Of a stretch of DNA of 64,000 nucleotides, positions 12,129-23,792 are shown in pieces. The first letter of the stretch is position 1. Each line of letters begins with the position of its first letter. Below the pieces are notes generated by a model. The model had not been told where the DNA came from. It saw nothing but the letters and a program-made list of their open reading frames with translations, and did not search any database. Origin of the DNA: Callorhinchus milii (taxonomy: Eukaryota); contig NW_024704743.1 in NCBI RefSeq assembly GCF_018977255.1, positions 74,030,001-74,094,000 of the forward strand. The letters are read 5' to 3'. The position numbers and the translations under genes were made by a program.

Positions 12129-15100
12129 GATTTGTTTGGTTGTTTCAGATCAACAATGCTTTAATCTACATCATTTTGAAGAGCTATAAAGACACAATGG
12201 TCAAATGACTTTCTTCTGTGCTGTGAATATCTATAGTTGTATTTTCAATGTTGGAATGCTGAATTGGTCAGTTCCACTGGAGAACTCTTGTGCTGAATGC
12301 TTTAAAGTGGAATTATTTGAAAATGACGATTGTATTATTGCTGGTAAATAAAATAATAATAATCCCTGAATTTGATATAGGGCCTTATTATGTTGCTGAG
12401 ACGTCTCAAAGGGCTTTACAGAATATACTGTAAAGTGAATTGACTGTATATTTTGGGAGCAAAACGAGTTCTCACCCCTAAATGTATATCGGCGCTATGA
12501 CAAAGAGCACAATGTACTAGGTGAGCTCTGCATAGATGCTTCTCTGTGACGCGCAAGTTCCCTTTCTGAATGAAACTTCACTATGTGAGAATTAACATGA
12601 CGACAGGTAATCCCAATGCCTTATAGGGCAACAATGGGATGGTTCAATCAGCGTCCTTGACACTACCACACAGATGACTTCTGCAGTAACCTGTTTGTGT
12701 CTCTGCCTCCCTCCTTAACTTTACCAGAATCTCAGAAGAGGCACGTACCTCCTTGGTGACACTAAAGGCGAAGAGTGACCCCGAGTTCAACGAACCCCAT
12801 CCTTTTATATTTTCCTATCTCCTCCCCTTTCCAATGTATCACTTGGTTCCCGCTCCAGGACCCATGTGACTCTTTCTCGCCTTTTCTGTTGCAACGCTCC
12901 CCCAGGTCACAGACTTTGTGTTATCAAGGTTGTACCACTTTATAATTATATTCTGGTCCCTGGACCATAATTGCGCTTAAAGTGAAAGGGTCTTATTTTG
13001 CACAAACTCTATGTTCACAGACCATCTACAGCAAAGATCATTAGAAAAAGAGGTAGAGCATTAATTAAAAAAGGTGGCCGTGACAGTTTTCGAGACATGA
13101 CTTTTTGTTGACTTTCTGCTGTCCTCTTGCGAAATAATCTTTTTTTGGATGTGATATTTTTACCTCCAGAGAGTGCGAACACTTTAATTAAATGACTCCT
13201 CTCTTACAATTTTCCTCAGTCGCAGGTAAAATAATGAAGTCGCTGCCTGCTCGGGCGAGGTCGCACTTTTGTTTCTAACAGAGGTGGTTTGCTGCTTGCA
13301 ATTTGTAAATGGCAGTATAGTGATTTCTTTTTCCAAAAACGATAATTAATATGGTTTGATTCCCCTTCCCGCAAGCCTGCATTTCATGACCTATCTCCAA
13401 CTTGATCCCCGATCTATTGTCAATCATTGCATTGATTGTAGGTGTAAAAAAATTCTCTGGCAGCAACACCTAGGCCTGATGTGCTGACAAGCTGTGGCAG
13501 TATTTGGCACTAGTCTCATTAGCTCCGCATGGTTTGGTTAAGCAATATACAATTCTATACTGTAGACATTAAACAGTGTGATTATATAGCATTCACTGTG
13601 TCCTAGACATGACCAGACTGGCGGATACAGAAGTAATTTTTAAGTCGAGGCCTAATAACATTTTAATCCAGCAGGAGTACAATAAAAACACACAATAAGG
13701 AAAGGTTCCCTTCGTTTTAATAATAATCCTGCATTTATACGATGCAACACAATTTACATTTCCATAGGACCTTTCAGGTCGGGAGGACATCCCAAAACAA
13801 GTTCGCAGTGCTGGATGTGCACCCGAGCTGGGGGTGGGCGCCAAGGGGTGGGGGCGGTGAGGAGGAAGATGACCAAAAAGACAGTCGAAGAGGTATGTTT
13901 TGAGAATTGCCCTGAAAGAGTGGAGGGAGGGAATGAATTGGAGGGGACTCTGGCATGGAATTGCAGAAAGTGGGTGGAACGTATAGAAAAGTACTGACAG
14001 CACGTCAGCAAATGAAGATGTTGATAAACAGCCTGGAATGCCAGGGGTTCTTTGTGTCAAAAGCCACAGAGGTTCAGGGAAATCCGTATGCTGAGGTTAT
14101 TCAGGCAATTAGGATATTCAGGAAAGACAGTGTAATAAATAAAGCTGTGAGCATTTTTATGCTGCGCAGTATGGGTCCTGGCAGAGAAGGGATTCAGGTA
14201 CTGAATGAGGAAAGTGCTTTGGTGTAACAGTTCAATGTTGCCACAATAGATCTGGTTCAAGGAGTTCAATGGGTGACTGATCTGCTTTGTTTTGTTACAT
14301 CCGCTTAGTACAGCAGTGCAGATCTGCTGTCAGACCAAAAGCAATGACTTTTGCTCTCGGGTACAGCAATGTCTGATTTAACAGCATGCAAGGACGGAAC
14401 GTGATTGCATTTCATTAACCTAACTTTTTTTGAGCGTTAAGAATGTTAATCTGTGCTGCAGTCAACCGGTGTAATCAAATTACTTTTTATTAAAAGCCCT
14501 TTCAGAACAATAAGCCCAAGCCTTACGATTACTGGATTGTGTAATATCTGAGTTGATGCCGGGAGCCAGACTGCATGAGGATGGCAGCTAATCAATGACA
14601 GTTCAGTGCTGGTATGGTGAGAAAGAAATTGTGCTAAGTAATAGATTCATTGTCTGTAGACTGTCACTATGGAAATGCTGGCAAGTAGATACCTGCCAGG
14701 ACCTATTCTGTTTTCTTGTGATGCATCGCTGAGCTTTACATTTTCAGATAGAAACAATTGAAAAAAGGACTATTAATGCTTAGGTAACCACCATGCACAG
14801 ACTAAAAAAATACTGTCACTAGGATTTTGCAGTAAATCCTGCAAAGCACTTTGAGACATCCTGCCATGCATATCACATGCAAGGATTATTATTAATACCG
14901 AAGTTCTCTTGGCCTCTATTACAGAAACCCTCTAACTCACTCCCTCTCTCACCTCGTTCAATGTCCGCCCAAGTGCTCCAGGACGCTAACCCACATGAAG
15001 AGCGCTATATAAAGGCAAGTTGTTGTGTAGGTTTGCCTCTTTGATCGCGTTTTCAGTCATCTTTCTCCTCCTCGGCCCTTTCAGATTCCACCACAGCCCG

Positions 15101-15350
15101 GGTGCCCAACCAGAATTGTTGAGCACTTTTGAGACGCCTTCCTGATGTGAAAGGCGCTAGGTGAATGTAAATTGTATTGTAGAGTTACACGTTTAAGCAT
15201 CTTGCTGGTACAAATCCTCGCAGGACAAATAAAAAGTTTATTTGAAAGTTATTGGTGAAATTGGGAGTGATAAATTGAGAGGAAAAGCACAAATCACTCC
15301 AGAGTTTAAGCTATGTTGCTGTTCAATTGGTCGAACTATTTGTTAAGGCA

Positions 15351-15617
15351 TGAGTTCAATTCCAGGCAGGGCGAAACCTTGGGCAAGTTTCCTTACTCCA
15401 CACGCCTAATAATAATCCCTCCAAAACCAAAAACAATAATAAATTGGTCATTTTCAATCCATGACTGTTTGTGGGACATTGCTGTGCGCAATTCGCTGCC
15501 GCGTTCGCCCACAAATATACAGTCAATTCACTTTACAGTGTGTTCTGTGAAGCGCTTTGGGACGTCCTCCGGACGTGAAAAGCGCTATATCAAATGCAAG
15601 GATTATTATTATTATTA
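15351..15617 (+). mobile_element. Young SINE, short form, 5'-truncated
   Basis: Starts at the B-box (tgagttcaattccaggcagggcg); otherwise as 29190-29511. Confidence 0.9.
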
Positions 15618-18600
15618 CTCTTGTGATGGGTCAGATGGTTGTGGATATAAGCTCCACGTTGACCTCATGGTCTGGACTGAATTAAATTCTACATTTACAT
15701 CATAGAAACATGGAAATCTATAGCACAGAAGGAGGTCATTCAGCCCACTACATCACAGAGCAAGGAGATCAATTCAATCCCACCTCCCTACCTTATCTTT
15801 ATGCCCTCAAGCCTCTCTTTTTTTAGCTGTCTACTTCCTTCTTGAAAGCTACAGTCGTTCACAAAATACACAAGTCGCTCCACTTTACAATATATTCTGT
15901 AAAGCACTTTGAGACGTCTCAACAACATGATAAAGCTCTATATCAAACGCAAGGATCATTATTATTATTACAATCGTACATCAGTCATTTTTATTAGATA
16001 CAATTGAGCGATGGGAGAAATGTGGAAAGTGATAATTATTACAATGACATATTTTGTGGCCAGTATTTGTGTCCAGGTTTGGAATTGAACACAATAACCA
16101 GCCTCTGCAGAATTGGTTCTCTTTCCCCAGCCTATTCAGGATTCAATCTCTACCGTGTTTGAATTTAACATAGCAAGTTAATCTTTTCTTCTGTTTCTCA
16201 GTAGCTGAAACAAATATTTATCATTTAAAACAATAAATACGTTTAAAATCTGCATTTAGGCCTCTGTCTGGCAAAGGAGTGTAAAATTGCAAGGATTAAT
16301 ATTGTATAAAATTCATATCCTCCACTGCTTCCCAATACATAACTGGGAATTGGAGGAGGTGCGTGACTTGTGAGTCTGCCAACAAAGAGAAGCCTCAAGG
16401 GATGAGGTCCAATGAATCGCCCCCATTTTGGATGACTGCCTGTTTATTCGAATGTTCAAGATGAACTAAATTCACACAATGAGGAAGGCGTACAGTAAGG
16501 TTGATAAATCAATGAGGTATCCCTAACTTCATAAAGCAATCAAGCTGAAGCTCCAAGGATATCAATCTAACTTAACAATCTGCATTATTAACTCTGTTAA
16601 TAATGCCTTCCATTGATTTCATGCTCACAGCTTAACTTTTACTCGTGTTCTCTGCAGTATTTGATTGCTCATGCCTCTACTTATCTGTTTAATCTTCACT
16701 GATATATAATTAGATTCTTCAGTGTTTCCCATATTCCACTCTGTGCATTACTGAATGATGCTATACAGGACGTTCTGTGACAACTTGGATCAGTCTGTAT
16801 TGTCATACTCTCTCTTGGCCAGAGAGTTGTGGGTTTAAGCTTTCCTGATTCTTGAGCTCCTAATTGAGACCAAAACCACAGAGCAGCACTGGAAGAATAT
16901 AATATTGGGGGTGCTGTATTTTGGATGCCTGTTCTTCAGGTGGACCTTAACAATCTCAAGAAACTATTCAAAACAAGAGAAGGATTTTTCCAGATGTATG
17001 AGTCATAGAACCATAGAAATTTATGATACAAAAAAAGCTATTTGACCCTTAATTTCTGTGCTTTTAAACAGTAATCATTTCAGTCCCATTTACTTGACCT
17101 TTCCCCATGCTCATATAGTTTGCTCCTTAGTCTTTCAGTCTTTCACCTCATGGCTGATTATTGGGTCTTATTGCAAAATGTTCTATAAAAACAGTCACTG
17201 GCTTTGATAAGTAATTATTTGTGAAACATTTTGAGGTGTTTTGATATGAGGCACTATAAAAATACGTGTTCTTTTATTGGAGGACTGGGTGGTTGCTAAT
17301 AAATTATGGACAGGTACAATACAATTTACATTTATATAGCGCCTTTCACATCTCAAAGCTCTCCATATTGCTGGCTGGACTTCCAGCAATAGCAGGGAAG
17401 GATCAACTCTGAGAATGTAGCAGAATTCTGGTAGCAGAATGGCTGAAAGCTCATCCAATGATGGTGGGATGGGTAGGGTGCGACACAAAGCAGGTTCACT
17501 GAATGAAGGGAGGAGTCCAGTTGGTAGGATTGTGGGGAGATCACAGAGATAGGGTGGGGTAAGGCCATGGAGATATTGTAGTCTCAGAGTAAAATAGACC
17601 TGTTTTGCTGCCGGTCAACTCTACTGCTATATAGACACCTTAAAGTTATGCAGAAATCGTATTTCTAAAGGAAGAATAGAAGTACTGGAATTGGATATTG
17701 ATACATTGGAGACAGAAATATTGATGACTCTGGACAGGAGGGAAAACAACTTGCATTTATATTGCACCTTTCACATTGGGTAATGTCTCAAAGCGCTTAA
17801 CAGAGACATTGCCAGACTCGAGCAGGGAGGAGGTGGAGGAGGGAGATGACGGAGAAGAGAAGTAACTGTAGGCATGACCTTAGAGGTAAACTTACAGGAG
17901 GCTTTTATAGAAAAAAATATGAGAGAGGAAGAGAAAATTAATGAAGCAGGAGAAAGATGGAGGCTAAAAAACAATCTTATAAGAATTCCAAAGATTCAGC
18001 TGAACCCTGTGAAGCGATAATGTTAAGTGTAAGTTCTAATATCTAACCCTATTAGAATAGGTGCCAGTTTAGGTCAGTTGCCACTGGATCAGAAGTTTGT
18101 GGTTTCAAACCCCACATCCGGGCTTGAGCTCACAGTCTAGCCTGACAGTCCAATACAGTGGGAGAGCGGTACTGTGCTTCAGATAAAACATTAAACATCT
18201 GTCAGTTCAGATGGATGTTAAAGATCCCATGATAGTATTCTAAAAGAGAAGAGTTTTCCCGATATCCTGGTAAACAATCTTCCAGATTAATTTGTCATTT
18301 ACTTCACAATTGCTTGTGAAACAGAAACACTTTGAGATGTTTCAACATTATGGGCGCTATATCAAATGCAAGGATTATTATTATTCTATGGCAATTTTAC
18401 AAAGAATAATATTTGCAATATTATTGCTGTCAAATAGAAACCATTATATTGTGAGAGAATGGCCTTTCTTGTTTTGAATATTTCATTTAGGATACCCTCT
18501 GAATTCTATTTTTATACATGAATCTGCAATTTGCATTGGATTATGAGATGCCATGTGCAAAGATTTTACAGAAAGTCTCAACATCTCCCACAAGGACAAG

Positions 18601-18681
18601 ACTAATCCCAAGTAAAGTGTTCTGTATCCCCTCCAGTATTTTGTGAATCTATGTAAGTGAATCTAATTCTCAAGCAGATCA

Positions 18682-18727
18682 TGTGATGTGGAGAGTCCCT
18701 GAGGAGAGTTGGACTCTCCACATCACA
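18682..18727. repeat. Perfect 17-bp inverted repeat with 12-nt loop
   Basis: tgtgatgtggagagtcc / ctgaggagagtt / ggactctccacatcaca; the arms are exact reverse complements. Confidence 0.95.
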
Positions 18728-19381
18728 GCTGTCTCTCCTGTCTCTATATTACAGCTGTCTCTCCCGGATAGGAGGAGTTGCTGTGTAAAGGATGTCGGGG
18801 AGATCACAGCAGGGCTTTCCCACATCTAGTACCTGACTTTCAGGATGGTAAGAATCCTTGCTGTTGATATAGCACCTATAACGAAGATTTATGACAGTGC
18901 AGTAACCATGTATTGTATTTGTAGGTGAATGTGTCTGGCAATTTGCACACAGCAATGAGCCCACAAATATTCATGCAGTGAATGACGTGTTTTCTGGGGG
19001 ATTGTTGGCCAGGATACTAAGAGAAACTCCCTTCTCTTTTTGAATAGTGTGGTGGAACGTTTAATGAACATTTGAAAAGACAAACGGGACCTCGGTTTAT
19101 GGCACATGTGACAATAGCACTGGAATGTCAACCCACATTATGAGCTCAAAGTCTGGATGTGGAGCGTGAATCTACAACCTTCCAATCCATCAGTAGAGGA
19201 GCTCCCAAAAAAATGGTTCGACCTATTGAACTATAGCACACAGTTTACAAAAAAGTCTTAAACTTGTGTTTTCTTCATCAATTTATAAGTCCCAATTTAA
19301 CTAATAACTATTAAATAAAAGTATGTTTTGTCCTGTGAAGATTTGTATCAGGAAGATACTTTTCACTTGTGTATTAACAAT

Positions 19382-19734
19382 GATAATAATAATTCTTGCA
19401 TTTGATATAGCGCCTTATCACATCTTTGAGACGCCTCAAAGCATTTCACAGAATATACTGTAAAGTGAATTGACTGTATGTTTTGTAGGCAAAATGTAGC
19501 AGCCAATTGCACACAAACAGTCATGGATTGAAGTGACCAATTTTTTTAAAAGGAATTATTAGCCCCGGAAAAGCCAATCTGCCAATCAACTAACAACTGG
19601 GTTCCTACTGACTGCTAGATAAACAGAGACTTGTGGAGTAAGGAAACTTGCCCAACATTTCCCCCTGCCGGGAATCAAACCCAGGTCTCTCGCTGGCGAG
19701 GCGAGTGCTCTAACCACTGAGCTACAGGACTCCA
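19382..19734 (-). mobile_element. tRNA-derived SINE, long form, full length
   Basis: Head ggagtcctgtagctcagtggttagagcactcgc, insert ctctgtttatctagcagtcagtaggaacccagttgttagttgattgg, (tta)n tail. Confidence 0.88.
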
Positions 19735-22734
19735 TTACTGTTGGAAAATTGTGGCTGCTCAAAAAATATTTGCAGCAGTGATGTGGAATTAGTAAAAGGC
19801 ATTTGGCACATTAAATCTTTGGCCATGCCTGTTCTCTTGTTCTCTCTCATGGTTTCCACCAAATCCATTCAGCCTCCTTTGCAAGGTTGAAACATTTATT
19901 TCTCCCCCACAAAAGTAAATCAAACAAAATGTAACAATACGTGCTACATTACTCATTTGTATCCGGTTGTTTCTTGGCATACATTTCCATGTTTCAGCAG
20001 CTTGAAAACGATTGTGTTCCAACTATTGTAAAATCTAGAGTTACTGACCATTTGGGATCAGGTTCCTTGCACCTGGTTTAGGTTACCAGTCGGCCCTCTG
20101 TCCCAATCGCAAACCATAAGTGAAAAAAAATCGTCATTCCTTCAGCTTCTATAAACGAGTACCTGGTTTAATGATAATTCCCAGCCCTATATTCAGCTGC
20201 TTGGAGATTGCTCCCATCCTCTTAATAGCTTCTACTGCCCAAAGGGCGTTCTCTGACTGAATCTCCCCTGTGATCTGCCAAGAGGTAGGTTGCTTAAAAC
20301 CAGTAGGTGCCATCAATCTTGGCTTGATGCGAACCCAAGACTCTTACAGCAAGCAGGTACCATTAATCTTGGCTATGTTCAAACCGAGGTTCCAGGGTGA
20401 ATGAACTGTGTGCTAATATATTGCAGTTCCAGGTTCCCAGTTTTCACTTTGAAAACTGCTGTAAAGGTCAATATTTCAATGATGTTCATGTACTTTGCAT
20501 TCAACACTTAAAGGTGTGAAGTTTTACCTTCTGTGTTCTGGGGAAGTGAGTGGAGTTGGAAGACTGAGATTTGATCAATTGGCTCGGAGACTTGCATAGT
20601 TACATAGAGTGATATGATACGGAAATGGGCCATTTGGCGCAATTAGACCATGCCAGTGTTTACACTCCACACGTCCCCAACCCCTGCTAGTCTTCTCCCT
20701 TAAACCCTTCTATTCTCTTAGTATGAATCAAGTTTTCTGGAGCAACAACTTGAATTGCATCTTTTAAATGCTTTGATGCTTCTTGTTTCAACCACAGCCT
20801 CTGCATTCTCACCACCAATCTGCGTGAAGAAGCTCTTCCTGAACTCTCTATTAGCTATTACTACTGGTTATCTTATATTTACTGGTTTGGGGCTTGCCAA
20901 CGAATGGAAACACTATATCAATGTCCACCTCATTAGATCCTTTCATAATTTATTTTATGAAAATGCCAAAAAACAAATTTAAATTATTCAGTGAATGGCT
21001 GATGGTTGCTATAGAAAGCTTAGTGCAGCTCTAGGTTCTGAGTGCATTTAGCTGTATTTACCTGGGGGATAACTACATACATACTCTGGGGAGTGAATAA
21101 GTGTGCCGTTATTCCTCGTTCTGTTTGCCTACAGCTCGTCCAAAACTATGTTGCTTCCAATCTTCTCTTTGACCTTGTATCATGGGTGATGATTTCATCA
21201 CCACGGTGAGAGAAAAAAAGCCGAATTTAGCAAACAGTGCATCAGTATGATTTTTGTTAACATAAAGTAGATAAAATCTATGCTTTTGCTGTGTGTTGGT
21301 TTGAAGGGGAGGTTTTAAGGAAAAAAAAATTGCGCAGATTATTAGGTAGTTTCATTCTCTGTTGACAAATGTGGCTGAGGCAGAATTCGTATTCATTTTA
21401 AAAAGCAAATTTGATCAATACCTGAAAAGAAGAAAATATTAAAATATACGGGGAGTGGAAAAGGCAGGAAAATTAAACATATGATACCAAGAGATAGTTT
21501 CAGAGAGCCAAGACAGACAAAATGAGATGAATGGTCTCATTCTGTGCTGTAAATTTCTCTGGTTGTGTAGCATTTAGTGACTTTGAGTTGGTGGCAAATA
21601 GAGCATGCATTTTGTGTGCAGCAAAATCCCACAAACAAACATGAGGTGAATTATTGGTTTTGGCTAGAGGATTGTTGGCCGGAATATGAGGGAAACTCCC
21701 TTCACTTTTTGAATAGTGCCATGAGATCTCAAACCTGAAGAAAGGCGGACGAGATCTTGGTTTAATGTCTGCAATGGAATGCAAAGTACACTATATCCCC
21801 TTTTGGTAGTAACTCATATGTAACTTTCCCATTCATGAGCGACCAGGGCAACTGCTGATGAAATAGAAATTGTATCCACGGTTCTGCATCCTGTAAATGT
21901 CAGCATATAATAGCTACTGAGGTGTATTTATTTCCGACAAGCTGCAAAGGAATATATTTTTTTCTGCCTGGTGCTCTACAAAAATAACTCTTAAACACTA
22001 ATATGTATCCAAAGCAGAGCTCCTGCTCATCCAGCATTGATGATTTAGATGTCAGTCCATTCCAATAATGTTCAGTATGCCATTAACAGCTATCTAGTGT
22101 TGATGATGGCGTGAGTTGTAGTTTTTCCAACTATCTCTCCTGACATGAATCACTTCTGTTTAAAATTGGGCCCATTTTGTTAATGACTTGCATGTGGGAT
22201 GGATTATAACTGAATTAAAAATAACTAACTCTGACTAAGCGACTCACGTCTAACCTGCTATAAATCGGTTTGAAGACGAGTCCTGTGTTTGCCAAAGTGT
22301 TATTTAATTAATTATCTACAGAATGCAGTTGGGTGACATCCTGCGACCCATATCCGGTCACAGCAGTTTGCAGTAATTGTGCCATTTGGACCCTTTCTAG
22401 GTCCAGAGATTGGTGTTAATGAATTACATTGTCATTAAAATGAAGGTATAAACCTTCAAGTACATTTGCATGAGAAATGGCCTTCCATTTTGGATCACAA
22501 ATCTGAACTGAATTTGACCTCTTCACACCCCCTTTCCCCGCCCCACACTTTGTATTTACTGGTGGCTCCTCTCCTGAACCAGTGTCCTGCCTAGTATCAC
22601 ACAAATCTATTTGCTATATTGTACACTGGGGCAGGAAGCAAACAATTGATACAGGTGTGTTTTTAGGATTTTTTATTGACAATGGAGTGAATACATTTGA
22701 ATAATTCATGTCAGATGGCTGGAAAATCAAGCTG

Positions 22735-23166
22735 ATTATTAATATAGTGCCTTATTACATTGTCAAAGTGTCTTACGTGGTTTTATTGTAAATTGTAGTT
22801 AGTGACTGTGCAAGTATAGTGACAATAATGTGGTAGCCATTTCGCACACAGCAATAGCCCACAAACAGCCATGATTTGAAGGACCAATATCAATAATAAA
22901 AATAATAATATGGAGGATTGTTGGCCTGAATGCCAGGAAGAAATCCTTTCTCTATTCAAATAGTGCGGTGGGATCTTTAAAGTCCAGGTGAATAGGCAGA
23001 TGGGACCTCGGTTTAGTGTCTTATCTGAAGGTCGGCACCTCCAACAATGTAGTGCCCCTAATGGAATGTCAGCCAAGATTGTGAGCTCAAAGTCCTAACA
23101 TGTGGCTCGAACAAACAACCTTCTGACCCAAGGGCCAGAGTGCCACTAATTGAGCCAGGCTGACAC
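22735..23166 (-). mobile_element. Old DeuSINE (SacSINE1-like), near full length
   Basis: Same family as 33588-34022. Further copies or fragments at about 788-1055(+), 4725-4990(+), 6845-7142(+), 16800-16990(+), 18061-18385(+), 18855-19200(-), 21590-21775(-), 32204-32510(+), 35548-35919(-), 36620-36775(-), 41745-42090(+), 43470-43676(-), 52420-52620(+) and 63730-63965(+). Confidence 0.82.
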
Positions 23167-23475
23167 CTAAGATCTGAAGGTCACAATATGTATCTCAACA
23201 TTAAATTTGCAGTAACAATGCCAGGGTGTTTTAATGTTAGAGAGTCCAACTCATTGAGAGCACTCTATAGAGCAGCATGATTTAGCAATTCATGGCAGAA
23301 GATGAAAGCAGCAGACCTTGCTTCTGAAACTATGACGAACATTTAGTCTGCGTGAGGAAAGCATTGTTTGAGTATAATGCCACAGGAACACTTTCCACTT
23401 TGGCACTGATCATTTACCAACAGATGTTAATGGAACTAGATCTGCTGCCCAGTCCCTTTTACTCACCTCTCCATA

Positions 23476-23792
23476 TAATAATAATAATCCTTGCATTTGA
23501 TATAGCGCTTTTCACGTCGGGAGGACGTCCCAAAGCGCTTCACAGAACACACTGTAAAGTGAATTGACTGTATATTTGTGGGCGAACGCGGCAGCCAATT
23601 GCGCACAGCAATGTCCTACAAACAGTCGTAGGTTGAAAATGACCAATTTATTATTGTTTTTGGTTTTGGAGGGATTATTATTAGGCGTGTGGAGTAAGGA
23701 AACTTGCCCAAGGTTTCGCCCTGTGCCTGGAATTGAACTCAGGTCTCTCACTTGCAAAGCGAGTGCTCTAACCACTGAGCTACAGGACTCCA
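23476..23792 (-). mobile_element. Young tRNA-derived SINE, full length, short form
   Basis: Reverse complement of 29190-29511 with few differences. ctccatat occurs at both flanks (possible TSD or microhomology). Confidence 0.92.

Noticed and set aside
17640..17740. Possible CR1 ORF1 relic (RIEVLELDIDTL)
   Set aside because: Too short and degenerate to call without a database search.
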